A DNA stretch of 46,960 nucleotides from a virus. Below, piece by piece: positions 7,964 through 15,327 of the stretch (positions within the stretch are counted from its first letter, which is position 1; each line of letters opens with the position of its first letter). The position numbers and the translations under genes are program-made. Location: positions 1-46,960 of the IMG/VR virus record IMGVR_UViG_3300045988_180211; one strand, given 5' to 3'. The notes beneath the pieces are model-generated. The model had not been told where the DNA came from and did not search any database. It was given only the letters and a program-made list of their open reading frames with translations.

Positions 7964-9067
7964 CTAGGGCCCGTCATTCGTCAAAGCGTCCGCCCAGGCC
8001 TGCATGACCTTTCGTCTTTCCTCCAGCATGTCGCTACGAAAATACGCGCTCGTAACCTTGTTTCCCCAATGATGGCCGAGCGCTTTTTCCGCCACGGCGT
8101 CCGGCACACCCGTATCCGCACACCAATCACGGAAGGTGGATCGGATGCCGTGGACCGTCACCTTCGGCTCACCCTCCGGGCGCTGGCAGATGTCGCGGAA
8201 CGCATCGAGCAGAGTCGACGCAACGACAGCGCCGCGCGTCACGCGGCTGGGGAACAGAAGTCGGTCGGGATCCGCGCCGTCGCCCACTGCCTCCAGTGCC
8301 AGCGAGGACAAGGGCTTGCGAAGCGCCGCCGACTCGCGAGTCTTGATGTGCTCCGGGGGCACGAGCCACGTGTCGTCCTTGATTTCTTTCCCGAGGGCGA
8401 GCCGCGCTTCGCTGACGCGGCAGGCGTTTGCGATGGTGAAGAGCAGGATACGCGCAGAGGGGCTTTGCCGCTCGCGCAGACTCGCCACCGCTGCGCGGAG
8501 TTCCTCCATCGTGGGGGCTTCCCGATGCTTCGTCGTGTGCGCCTTCGCCACAGGCGGCAGAAACAGCGCAAGATTCCCGCGCCACGTGGCGGGGTTGTGA
8601 GTGACGAAACCGCGCGTGATCGCCCAGTTGAAAACCGCTTCGAGCTTTTGCTGAAGGTCGGCGGCGGTCTCAGTCTTCATCATCCATAGCGGCTTGACCA
8701 CGGCGAGCACGTCGTCGCGCCCGATGGACGCAAGCGGCATGTCCCCCAGCACAGGCATGGCGAACCGCTCGATCTGTGACGTCCAAACGGATCGCGTCGT
8801 GGCTTCATTTTTCCACTGGCGGATGAGCGCGATGTCGTCGAGGGCTTTGTGGCAGACGTCGCCGAAAGTCATTTCGTCCGGGCGCTTCGGTTGCTCCGTT
8901 GTCAGGACTTCGGCCGCTTTGAATTTCGCTTCTTTGATCCCCATCTGATCAGCGCGGCCAAGCGAGCGCTCGATGCGCTTGCCGCCCACGGTGCCGCGAA
9001 ATATGTAGTACGATGAGCCCCCACGCGTATATAGGTAGAGGTTGTCCGAGACCTTTTTCTTTTCCAT
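7964..9067 (-). CDS. int: Tyrosine recombinase/integrase (P4-type with DUF4102-like N-domain)
   Basis: C-terminal HGIRSTFRDWCADTG...ALGHHWGNKVTSAYFRSD carries the R..H.R...Y catalytic pattern. The N-terminus reads LYLYTRGGSSYYIFRGTVGGKRIERSLG. ATG at 9067 has SD GGAGAG. Confidence 0.9.
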   Translation of the reverse strand: MEKKKVSDNLYLYTRGGSSYYIFRGTVGGKRIERSLGRADQMGIKEAKFKAAEVLTTEQPKRPDEMTFGDVCHKALDDIALIRQWKNEATTRSVWTSQIERFAMPVLGDMPLASIGRDDVLAVVKPLWMMKTETAADLQQKLEAVFNWAITRGFVTHNPATWRGNLALFLPPVAKAHTTKHREAPTMEELRAAVASLRERQSPSARILLFTIANACRVSEARLALGKEIKDDTWLVPPEHIKTRESAALRKPLSSLALEAVGDGADPDRLLFPSRVTRGAVVASTLLDAFRDICQRPEGEPKVTVHGIRSTFRDWCADTGVPDAVAEKALGHHWGNKVTSAYFRSDMLEERRKVMQAWADALTNDGP

Positions 9068-9090
9068 TCTGCTCTCCGTTGAGGGGGTGG

Positions 9091-9349
9091 TGTTCCCCAA
9101 AGTGTTCCCCGATTTCCCCGCGAGTTTACCGTAAATCACGGTGGTTCGTCGAGAGCGGAGTAGAGTTGATCAGAGATAACAAGAGGATAAAAGTCTTTTT
9201 AAAACAACGCACAACTAGCGTAACGGCGTATCAGCTGGCTCTGGCGTAGGGGAAACACTTATTTCCTAATTGGAAATCTCAGTTCCTGAAATTGCAGGGC
9301 TTCGCGCGGGTTGTTCCCCTGATTGTTCCCCGAAAAAAATCTGTTCCCC
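9091..9349. other. Probable attP: clustered TGTTCCCC arm-type repeats flanking an ATTTCC-TAATT-GGAAAT core-like palindrome
   Basis: TGTTCCCC occurs at 9091, 9103, 9312, 9324 and 9342. There is a degenerate ATTTCCCC at 9112 and an inverted near-copy, GGGGAAACA, at 9249. The palindrome is at 9261-9277. The region lies immediately upstream of int. Confidence 0.5.
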
Positions 9350-9376
9350 AAAAAGAAAACCCCGCGTTTGCGGGGG
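9350..9376 (-). terminator. Rho-independent terminator (second of a tandem pair downstream of the P63C-like gene)
   Basis: Stem ccccgc-gttt-gcgggg. An A-run on the plus strand gives a U-run on the minus transcript. Confidence 0.6.
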
Positions 9377-9389
9377 CTTTGTGTGGTAC

Positions 9390-9411
9390 GAAAAAGCCGC
9401 CCGGAGGCGGC
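9390..9411 (-). terminator. Rho-independent terminator of the P63C-like gene
   Basis: Stem gccgcc-cgga-ggcggc, followed on the minus strand by TTTTT. Confidence 0.7.
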
Positions 9412-9429
9412 TCAAAAAAGAATTAGAGG

Positions 9430-10392
9430 TTAAGAATTCGGCTCCAAGGGCAGTGTCATTTGACCGCCAAATCGGTCGACAATCTTTTGTTCGTACTCTT
9501 CCCTGGTTTGAGATGATTCGGCCATCTCCAAAACTCTGCCAAGCTGGAAACGAAGCGCCTTGGTGCCGATGTCGCTCAGGAACTGGAACAACTTCTTGTT
9601 TGTGCCGGTATCGTGACTGTGTTTTTGTTCTCGTAAGAGCTTCAAAATTCTCCCGTTGCTTTTTGCCAACGGCGTGTATACATGAGCGATTGTGAGAGAC
9701 TTGAACTTCCATGGCCAGCCGCGCTCAGGCATAGGAATGTCATACAGTCGCGTCCATTCCTGATACAACTCTATTGGGAATTCGCTTTCGTATCGTTTTG
9801 CCTCCTCTTGAACAAAGCGTCGGAAAGCGATCAGGAATTGTTCTTTGGTAGAGTCAAGTCCAACAACCTTGTAAATAAGTTCCTGAATGCCTAGCTTTGC
9901 GCAAGCTCCAGTGATAATCGTTGCGGCTCGAATGAGGTGTTGTTGGTTTTTTGTGAGCTTCCCATCCTCGTTGGCCTTGATGATCGCTCTGCAAACGTCT
10001 ATAAGGATCGTCACGTCGTAGCCGTAGACCTCAACTTCGGGGCCATTGAGGGAGCTCTGAAATACAAGGGGTTTTTGAACTTTTTTAGAAAGTTCCGGCC
10101 CAGCATAAGCGCTTATTGTTTTCCCGCTCATGAACCGAATAAAAGCGGTTCCGCCGCCCCCCATCAACCCCAACGCTACTGCCACTCCTCTCTGGCTTAT
10201 GACGGCGGTTCGATTATCGTCGTTCAGGACGTAGCAATCGACATCAACCCCCAAGTCCTTCTGAAGGTTTCCGAAATACAGCGCTTTCAGATGCCGATAT
10301 TGAGCTGCTTTTCTAGCGATTTCGCTTCTATCTTTCGGAGTCAGAGATTTTGCTCTTGCCTTTCCTCCTTTTGATTGTTTTGTGTCTTGCAT
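9430..10392 (-). CDS. P63C-domain-like protein (function unknown), low-GC cargo gene
   Basis: N-terminal KGGKARAKSLTPKDRSEIARKAA and C-terminal FPIELYQEWTRLY...TIAHVYTPL...FQFLSDIGTKALRFQLGRVLEM match my memory of the P63C pattern. About 47% GC against about 58-60% for the genome. ATG at 10392 chosen; the track start at 10434 is a TTG. Confidence 0.6.
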   Translation of the reverse strand: MQDTKQSKGGKARAKSLTPKDRSEIARKAAQYRHLKALYFGNLQKDLGVDVDCYVLNDDNRTAVISQRGVAVALGLMGGGGTAFIRFMSGKTISAYAGPELSKKVQKPLVFQSSLNGPEVEVYGYDVTILIDVCRAIIKANEDGKLTKNQQHLIRAATIITGACAKLGIQELIYKVVGLDSTKEQFLIAFRRFVQEEAKRYESEFPIELYQEWTRLYDIPMPERGWPWKFKSLTIAHVYTPLAKSNGRILKLLREQKHSHDTGTNKKLFQFLSDIGTKALRFQLGRVLEMAESSQTREEYEQKIVDRFGGQMTLPLEPNS

Positions 10393-10540
10393 ATAGATAC
10401 CACATGAATTAAATACATGTGCAAATTCTAGCAAGCATTCGAGAAAATATCTTGCTTGCTAAAAAATTGCCCAATATAAGCGCAAAGCCCGAGTGTTCCA
10501 GACTTGAAGAGAGTGCGAAAAAGCCGCCCGGGGGAGACCC

Positions 10541-10576
10541 AAAAAGAAAGAGCCCCTGACATGGTCAGGAGCCCTT
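10541..10576 (-). terminator. Rho-independent terminator of hicAB
   Basis: The minus strand reads agggctcctgac-cat-gtcaggggctct followed by ttctttttggg. Confidence 0.7.
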
Positions 10577-10604
10577 TCAGTGTTCGTTTCGAAGGGACGA
10601 TGAG

Positions 10605-11102
10605 TTATGCAGAAGAAACAGAAACGTTCAGCTGGCGGTTCAAAGCATAAAGGGCTCGGGCAATAGTGTCAATTTTGGTCGCATGATGCAGATCGGTTAT
10701 GCGATTGACCTCTTGTCGAGAAACGCCCAATTTTTTGGCTAGGTCGACGGGGCGTGTCTTTGTTTCGACCATAGCATTTAAGAGCAGGACTTTAGCGATG
10801 ACGGAAGGAGGCAATTCTACGATTAGGTCTTCTGGGGAAGCGCTGGATGGGTTAGGGAACGGACGCTGCTCTTCGATGTAAAAATCGATGGCTGTAATAA
10901 GTGCGTCCAGCGCGTTAGCTTTAAGTTCCTCCATGGTGGCTGCTTCGGTCAAAGCTTCAGGGACATCCTTGAAGGAAGCAATAAATCCGCCATCGCCGTT
11001 CGGCTCAACTTGCGCGGGAAAGCGGAAAGCAGACGACACGGCAAATTTTCCTTTTCTTTTTCCGCTGATGATATCGAGGGGGAGCCACCCCCCTCGGTTC
11101 AT
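10605..11102 (-). CDS. hicB: HicB-family antitoxin with C-terminal XRE-type HTH
   Basis: FRFPAQVEPNGDGGFIASFKDVPEALTEAATMEELKANALDAL is the HicB fold pattern. The C-terminal DLAKKLGVSRQEVNRITD is an HTH. The gene starts 13 nt after the hicA stop. A GTG near 11040 with an AAGGA SD is an alternative start. Confidence 0.8.
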   Translation of the reverse strand: MNRGGWLPLDIISGKRKGKFAVSSAFRFPAQVEPNGDGGFIASFKDVPEALTEAATMEELKANALDALITAIDFYIEEQRPFPNPSSASPEDLIVELPPSVIAKVLLLNAMVETKTRPVDLAKKLGVSRQEVNRITDLHHATKIDTIARALYALNRQLNVSVSSA

Positions 11103-11114
11103 CAAACGAACTTG

Positions 11115-11294
11115 TTAACTAGGTAACCCAAGTTGTCTTTTGATCTTCTTTGCGAACGCGTCGGAGATCTCTTGGCTTGGGTGCCGCGGGCAAGTGGCTT
11201 GCTTGCCTTTGTAGTAGAGCTTGAGGTGGCGGGTGCCGTTCTCAATCCTTACCCCTGCGGCCCTTAGTTCGTCGATGAAGGTTTTATGCTTCAT
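11115..11294 (-). CDS. hicA: HicA-family mRNA interferase toxin
   Basis: MKHKTFIDELRAAGVRIENGTRHLKLYYKGKQATCPRHPSQEISDAFAKKIKRQLGL. SD GAAGGAG lies 6 nt upstream. Trimmed from the track start at 11366. Confidence 0.85.
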   Translation of the reverse strand: MKHKTFIDELRAAGVRIENGTRHLKLYYKGKQATCPRHPSQEISDAFAKKIKRQLGLPS

Positions 11295-11322
11295 AGGCAT
11301 CTCCTTCAAAACGAACACTGCA

Positions 11323-11351
11323 ACTGTACACATATTTGTGCACGTTGTCAA
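11323..11351 (-). promoter_or_regulatory. Sigma70-type promoter of hicAB overlapping an imperfect palindrome (likely HicB operator)
   Basis: The minus strand reads TTGACA-17 nt-TACAGT. The spacer and -10 contain tgcacaaatatgtgtaca, which is 14/18 self-complementary. Confidence 0.65.
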
Positions 11352-11464
11352 CAAAAATGATTGCAAAAGTCTCGCTGGGGCGGCTTGGTGATTAGTTCAG
11401 AAGGAAGGCCGCCGCCTGCGCAGTACCCTACGCTTGCACACATCACAGACGGCGGCCGAAGGGG

Positions 11465-11695
11465 TTACGGGTGGGGAGGCTCTGGCAACTCTGCCCAGGC
11501 CGTGACACACCAGCCCTTATCAGTGCCATCCCAGTCGAGCAACAAAAAGCGGCCAGCATCTTTGTCGAAAAAGTCAACATCGATCCGCGGACGCTCGATG
11601 GTGTCGCCGTAGTCATGCGCTGTGATCAAGTAGCGTCCGTCATCAGGAGGCAGTTCTTCCGGATACTTATGCCATACGGTTTTCGTCTCGCTCAT
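11465..11695 (-). CDS. DUF551-like protein
   Basis: WHKYPEELPPDDGRYLITA...WCVTAWAELPEPP. ATGA overlap with the upstream gene. Confidence 0.7.
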   Translation of the reverse strand: MSETKTVWHKYPEELPPDDGRYLITAHDYGDTIERPRIDVDFFDKDAGRFLLLDWDGTDKGWCVTAWAELPEPPHP

Positions 11696-12321
11696 GCCTC
11701 ACTCCCTGTTTCCGCTTTCTGATAGGGGGCTGGAAGTTCTGCCCACGCAATGACCGTGAACTCTCGTTCGTAGCCCCAAAAATCACCCCGGCCATAGGCC
11801 ATCCTTACGTAAGGCTTTTTGTTATCGCCAAAGACCGGAACCGCCGTCACGAGGTAGAGCTGCCAAAATTCAGTCTTGGGTAGTGGGACATCCGGATAGG
11901 GGTGCCAAGTCGTCATGTCGTGTCCTCCAGTAAAGCCCCGCGGATGCGAGACTTCCTTCAGTGATTGAATCGTCTTTCCCAGGTGAATGAGGCAGGCGTA
12001 AAGCGCCGGCTTGTCGCCGTGGTCGCAGGCGAGCACGATTTCCGTCACGAGGGGGTGGCGAAAAGAGAAAAGGAGGGATGAGAAATTGTCGGGGCGCCGA
12101 ACGATCTGCGCCTTGCACTCTTCGACGGAGAAGGTTTCCGCCATGCGGCGAAGATACCACTCGGCCTTTTGAAGGTCTTCCTTCTCACCCCCCTTGTAGG
12201 GCGCTCGAAGCAGGTACTTGACGGCATTGCCCAAGCAGAAGCTCAAAAGCTCAGTCAGCTCGATCACCTCATGCTCATAGTGCTCGGCGTAGTGCTGGGG
12301 GTGATTCACCATGTCTTTCAT
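11692..12321 (-). CDS. DUF3310 (SaV-like) N-domain fused to a DUF551-like C-domain
   Basis: VNHPQHYAEH...GNAVKYLLRAPYKGGEKEDLQKAEWYLRRM is the DUF3310 pattern. The C-terminus is TTWHPYPDVPLP...VIAWAELPAPY. SD GGAGG is present. ATGA overlap with the i-spanin stop. Confidence 0.75.
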   Translation of the reverse strand: MKDMVNHPQHYAEHYEHEVIELTELLSFCLGNAVKYLLRAPYKGGEKEDLQKAEWYLRRMAETFSVEECKAQIVRRPDNFSSLLFSFRHPLVTEIVLACDHGDKPALYACLIHLGKTIQSLKEVSHPRGFTGGHDMTTWHPYPDVPLPKTEFWQLYLVTAVPVFGDNKKPYVRMAYGRGDFWGYEREFTVIAWAELPAPYQKAETGSEA

Positions 12322-12731
12322 TTCACGGCCTCCGCGAGGGCGTCGTGCTTTTGGGCGCACCGCTCAAAACCGTCTCCGCATCTTGAAGCAGCTTCAGCCA
12401 TTCGGCTGACCAACTTTTCGAGTTCGGCAACTCTGGCTCCAAGAGCTTCGACGGAATTTCCCGCTCCGGCATCGGCACCTGCGTGGCGCAGCCTGGCAAG
12501 CAGGCGATCACGCTCAGCGCGCAGACCGTTGTACTCATCTTGCGCAAGAAGAATTGTGTTCGTTGCATTTGCAAGTCCTTTGTTTCGTTCGGCCTGTATC
12601 TTCTCGATGGCTCTCGCCTGCTCGGCCTGCATCTGCGCAATCCGCCGACCGTAGTGGCTGTTGTCCACATAGCCCACCACGATGCCGGTCAGGACACAGC
12701 TGCCGACCAATACGATCGTGCTCCAGTTCAT
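12318..12731 (-). CDS. i-spanin (Rz-like; N-terminal TMD plus coiled coil)
   Basis: MNWSTIVLVGSCVLTGIVVGYV is followed by helical, Ala/Arg/Glu-rich sequence. ATGA overlap with the endolysin stop. Trimmed from 12812. Confidence 0.7.
   Translation of the reverse strand: MNWSTIVLVGSCVLTGIVVGYVDNSHYGRRIAQMQAEQARAIEKIQAERNKGLANATNTILLAQDEYNGLRAERDRLLARLRHAGADAGAGNSVEALGARVAELEKLVSRMAEAASRCGDGFERCAQKHDALAEAVK
12323..12568 (-). CDS. o-spanin (Rz1-like lipoprotein) embedded out of frame in the i-spanin gene
   Basis: MQRTQFFLRKMSTTVCALSVIAC-LPGC-ATQVPMPEREIP has a signal peptide with lipobox VIAC (or LPGC) and a Pro-rich mature part. SD AAGGA lies 7 nt upstream. Confidence 0.65.
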   Translation of the reverse strand: MQRTQFFLRKMSTTVCALSVIACLPGCATQVPMPEREIPSKLLEPELPNSKSWSAEWLKLLQDAETVLSGAPKSTTPSRRP

Positions 12732-13189
12732 GCCTGGCCTCGGAAAAACGCTTCTTCGCGAGCACGGCGCCTCACCAGACCTTCGAGCACCTTGCCATTG
12801 CAGAATCGCCATTTGTGGAACTCGTTCGCGGCGAGGTCTTCATGGCCGGCGTTGAGGTGCTTTAAAAGTGTGGAGATTCTCAGCCTGGCGGCACCGAGAT
12901 TGAAACAAAAATCCAGGAGGGCGATGAACTGCCCGCGGGTGACGGGCACGGTGACATAGCGTCGCATCTGCAGTTTGAATTTCTCCAAGTCCTCCGTCAG
13001 CAGGCGATCGGCCTCCTGCTTGGTGACGCGTTCGCCCAGGCGCACGCCGCCTGTGTGCCCGTAGCCAATGGTTGGCACGCCCGCAGGGCAGAGATACGCC
13101 TCAAGTTTGAGACCCTCGAATTCTTTCACGAGCGGTGCCGCGAGCACGGCTTCCCACTGGGAAAACTCACGCTTCTGGTTTGTCGTCAT
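12728..13189 (-). CDS. GH24 (T4/lambda-type) lysozyme endolysin
   Basis: LVKEFEGLKLEAYLCPAGVPTIGYGHTGG carries the catalytic Glu context. It lies between the holin and the spanins. Confidence 0.9.
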   Translation of the reverse strand: MTTNQKREFSQWEAVLAAPLVKEFEGLKLEAYLCPAGVPTIGYGHTGGVRLGERVTKQEADRLLTEDLEKFKLQMRRYVTVPVTRGQFIALLDFCFNLGAARLRISTLLKHLNAGHEDLAANEFHKWRFCNGKVLEGLVRRRAREEAFFRGQA

Positions 13190-13508
13190 TTACAGTATCC
13201 CCTTTGAGCTTTCGGAAAAAGAGCGCGCGCAAAATATCAAAGACGCGGGAGCCGATGTTCCCGACGACCGCCGATGTGCACGCGGCAAAGCTTTCCGGTT
13301 GGTTCAAATCCATCACCACCCAAAAGGCCATGAGGCCGAGGAAGGCGCTGATGAGCATGTCTGAAAAAAACGTGAGGGGGCTGAACGGCTTGCAAAGCAT
13401 GTTGCTCTCCTTCCATCTTGCGAATGCGCCGAGCAGAGCCGCGGCGGCGGCAATGATTGGCATCCAAGAATCCGGCGTTTTGTAAGGCATTGGTGTCTCA
13501 CTGATCAT
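13167..13508 (-). CDS. Putative holin (multi-TMD small membrane protein)
   Basis: Hydrophobic segments WMPIIAAAAALLGAF, LISAFLGLMAFWVVM and FAACTSAVVGNIG, with a charged C-terminus. It overlaps the endolysin start. Confidence 0.6.
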   Translation of the reverse strand: MISETPMPYKTPDSWMPIIAAAAALLGAFARWKESNMLCKPFSPLTFFSDMLISAFLGLMAFWVVMDLNQPESFAACTSAVVGNIGSRVFDILRALFFRKLKGDTVNDDKPEA

Positions 13509-13562
13509 TCAATGCAACAAATTGTCGCCCGTTCGCCGCCCCCTTACTCGTCAACATTTGTA

Positions 13563-13796
13563 TTACAATCGCGGCAGAGCGCCTGAGCGCCTTTGAGCAC
13601 CTGAGCGCACCGCCGCAAATTGCGCGGCCTTCATCCCTTCGACCACTTGGTCGATGACATCACGAAACCAGAAGCTGTTTCGTCCAATTGCGATCGGCGG
13701 TGGGAGCTTTCCTTTCTTCACCCACACGCAAAGGGTCGCTTCTGAAATCCCGAAGAGGTCCTTCACCTCTTTTCTCGTCATTGTTCCTTCGATCAT
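13563..13796 (-). CDS. AlpA/Xis-family HTH protein (excisionase or regulator)
   Basis: MTRKEVKDLFGISEATLCVWVKKGKLPPPIAIGRNSFWFRDVIDQVV. The start is 13796 or 13781. The long N-terminal extension in the track is not protein-like. Confidence 0.7.
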   Translation of the reverse strand: MIEGTMTRKEVKDLFGISEATLCVWVKKGKLPPPIAIGRNSFWFRDVIDQVVEGMKAAQFAAVRSGAQRRSGALPRL

Positions 13797-13827
13797 TTTT
13801 GGGTTTTCCCCTAAGGTGAATTTGTGG

Positions 13828-14280
13828 TCAAAGTTTTCTTTCGATTCCCTGCCGTCCCGCTTTCTTTGCCCAGCGATTAAAGGCAAGGCGGCAATCGTTT
13901 CGCCCGTGCAAAAACCAGCCCGCCGCCATGAGGATGACGTGCAGGCGCTCGTCAAGTTCGAGAAGCCGCAAATACGGACGGTGGTCGCGGAACTTCTGAG
14001 GAAGCTGACCCCACACCTGCGCGGCGATAACGCCGGCATCCAGACCGGCGTTCCGTCGGGAGCAATAAAACGTCGTGCGGCCTGCAAAGGCCACACTGAT
14101 CCGCGTGCCACGAGACTGAGCCCAGGCGCGGATCACCTTACAGGCGTACGAATACGGCCTGCCGTATTCGTCCCCCAGCATGCCGGCGAGCATGCTGATG
14201 GGCGCCCAGCTTTCGGCCGCCGCGTCAAGGCGAGCGAACATGGCGACCGTCTTGGGTTGTGGTCCACCTTTTCTGCTCAT
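13828..14280 (-). CDS. Hypothetical protein (early/replication operon)
   Basis: ATGA overlap with the upstream gene. Same strand as all neighbours. Confidence 0.6.
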   Translation of the reverse strand: MSRKGGPQPKTVAMFARLDAAAESWAPISMLAGMLGDEYGRPYSYACKVIRAWAQSRGTRISVAFAGRTTFYCSRRNAGLDAGVIAAQVWGQLPQKFRDHRPYLRLLELDERLHVILMAAGWFLHGRNDCRLAFNRWAKKAGRQGIERKL

Positions 14281-14741
14281 TTCATTTTCTCCGAGCGACA
14301 GCGTTCAAAAAAAGTAATCCGGTTGACGAGCACCATCTTGGTGATGGCGGTTTGCAGGCGGAGCTGTGCCCATGCTGTCTCAACTTCTTTTTCGATCTTC
14401 GCTTGCAGTTGCGCGTCCCTGGCATCGCAAATGTCACGGTCCATATAGTCGCGAATCTGCGGCCTGCCATCGAGGTCGTACAGGCGCCAGTGCAAATCCG
14501 TAGGCCGCCCCGCACACGCAGGGTGTGCGAACTGCGGGTTGACATAGAGGATGTACTGGCGGAGTTTCTCACCATCGACAAGATCGAATGGGCGCATTTC
14601 CCACCCGTACTCATCCACAAGCTTGTGCCCGATGATGTAGGACTTCGTCACCTTGTTTTTAGATAAAAAGAAATAGCCGATCCGTTCGTCGTAGTCGATC
14701 AGGTAGCCGTCTAAGTTTTCCAATCGATAATCTTTAGCCAT
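14277..14741 (-). CDS. Hypothetical protein (early/replication operon)
   Basis: 8-nt overlap with the upstream gene. Composition is coding-like. Confidence 0.65.
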   Translation of the reverse strand: MAKDYRLENLDGYLIDYDERIGYFFLSKNKVTKSYIIGHKLVDEYGWEMRPFDLVDGEKLRQYILYVNPQFAHPACAGRPTDLHWRLYDLDGRPQIRDYMDRDICDARDAQLQAKIEKEVETAWAQLRLQTAITKMVLVNRITFFERCRSEKMK

Positions 14742-15327
14742 ATCGCGCCTCCGACGCTTCGTAGCCGAGGCGAGTGCGCCATCGGCGAATTTTCTCGAGC
14801 TTCACATCCAGCCAGTGAGTGCGCTTGTGTACGTCCTCGGGCAGGTCGTGCAGATCCTCGGTGCACAGGAAAAGTTCCGAGACGCGCACCGGATCGGCAT
14901 CGATGCATGCGTTGATGACTTCGCCGGCAACTTCCAAGCCCGCACGAATGGCGTCGAGCTCGTCGGCTTTGCACGTGTAGCTACCCGTCTCAACCGTGCG
15001 ATCGGAGTACCGCTTGAAGGCTTCCTGCATGGCGACCCACTCGGCGCCGTACTCGCCGGCGATGTACTCGCCGTCAACTCCGTAGCCGCGATACAGGCAA
15101 AAAGTCGCAAGCAGGATCGTCGAGCCGAGATTGAGCACGTCCGGACGCTCGAACTCGCCGCGGTGCAGTCGCAACTCGACGGCCAGCTGCACGTCGCGGT
15201 ACATGCCCTTAATTTCCTCGGCCGTCTGCAAGGACATCCTCGGCGGCTTTTCCGCATAGCGCGTCGGGTCGTAGCGCTTGTTGCGCACTTTCCTTTTCTT
15301 TGGCTGGGATCCTTCTTTTCTACTCAT
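14734..15327 (-). CDS. Hypothetical protein with basic N-terminus (early/replication operon)
   Basis: ATGA overlap with the helicase stop. N-terminus MSRKEGSQPKKRKVRNKRYD. Confidence 0.65.
   Translation of the reverse strand: MSRKEGSQPKKRKVRNKRYDPTRYAEKPPRMSLQTAEEIKGMYRDVQLAVELRLHRGEFERPDVLNLGSTILLATFCLYRGYGVDGEYIAGEYGAEWVAMQEAFKRYSDRTVETGSYTCKADELDAIRAGLEVAGEVINACIDADPVRVSELFLCTEDLHDLPEDVHKRTHWLDVKLEKIRRWRTRLGYEASEARYG

Noticed and set aside
11409-11458. Long-range inverted repeat ggccgccg...cggcggcc between the DUF551 gene and the hicA promoter, as a structured RNA
   Set aside because: It is more simply a weak terminator or insulator hairpin: an 8-bp stem with a 34-nt loop at the end of the long minus-strand operon. 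No other features support it.
13654-14448. 264-aa plus-strand ORF spanning the AlpA-like and 13828..14280 genes
   Set aside because: The opposite strand has an HTH with a clear family pattern and genes linked by ATGA overlaps. This ORF has no SD and crosses two gene boundaries.
13828-15327. Similar N-termini MSRKGGPQPK (14280) and MSRKEGSQPK (15327) as a sign of paralogy or a shared signal
   Set aside because: The similarity covers only about 10 residues. Both starts sit in ATGA overlap contexts that constrain the first codons, and the rest of the proteins do not align by eye.
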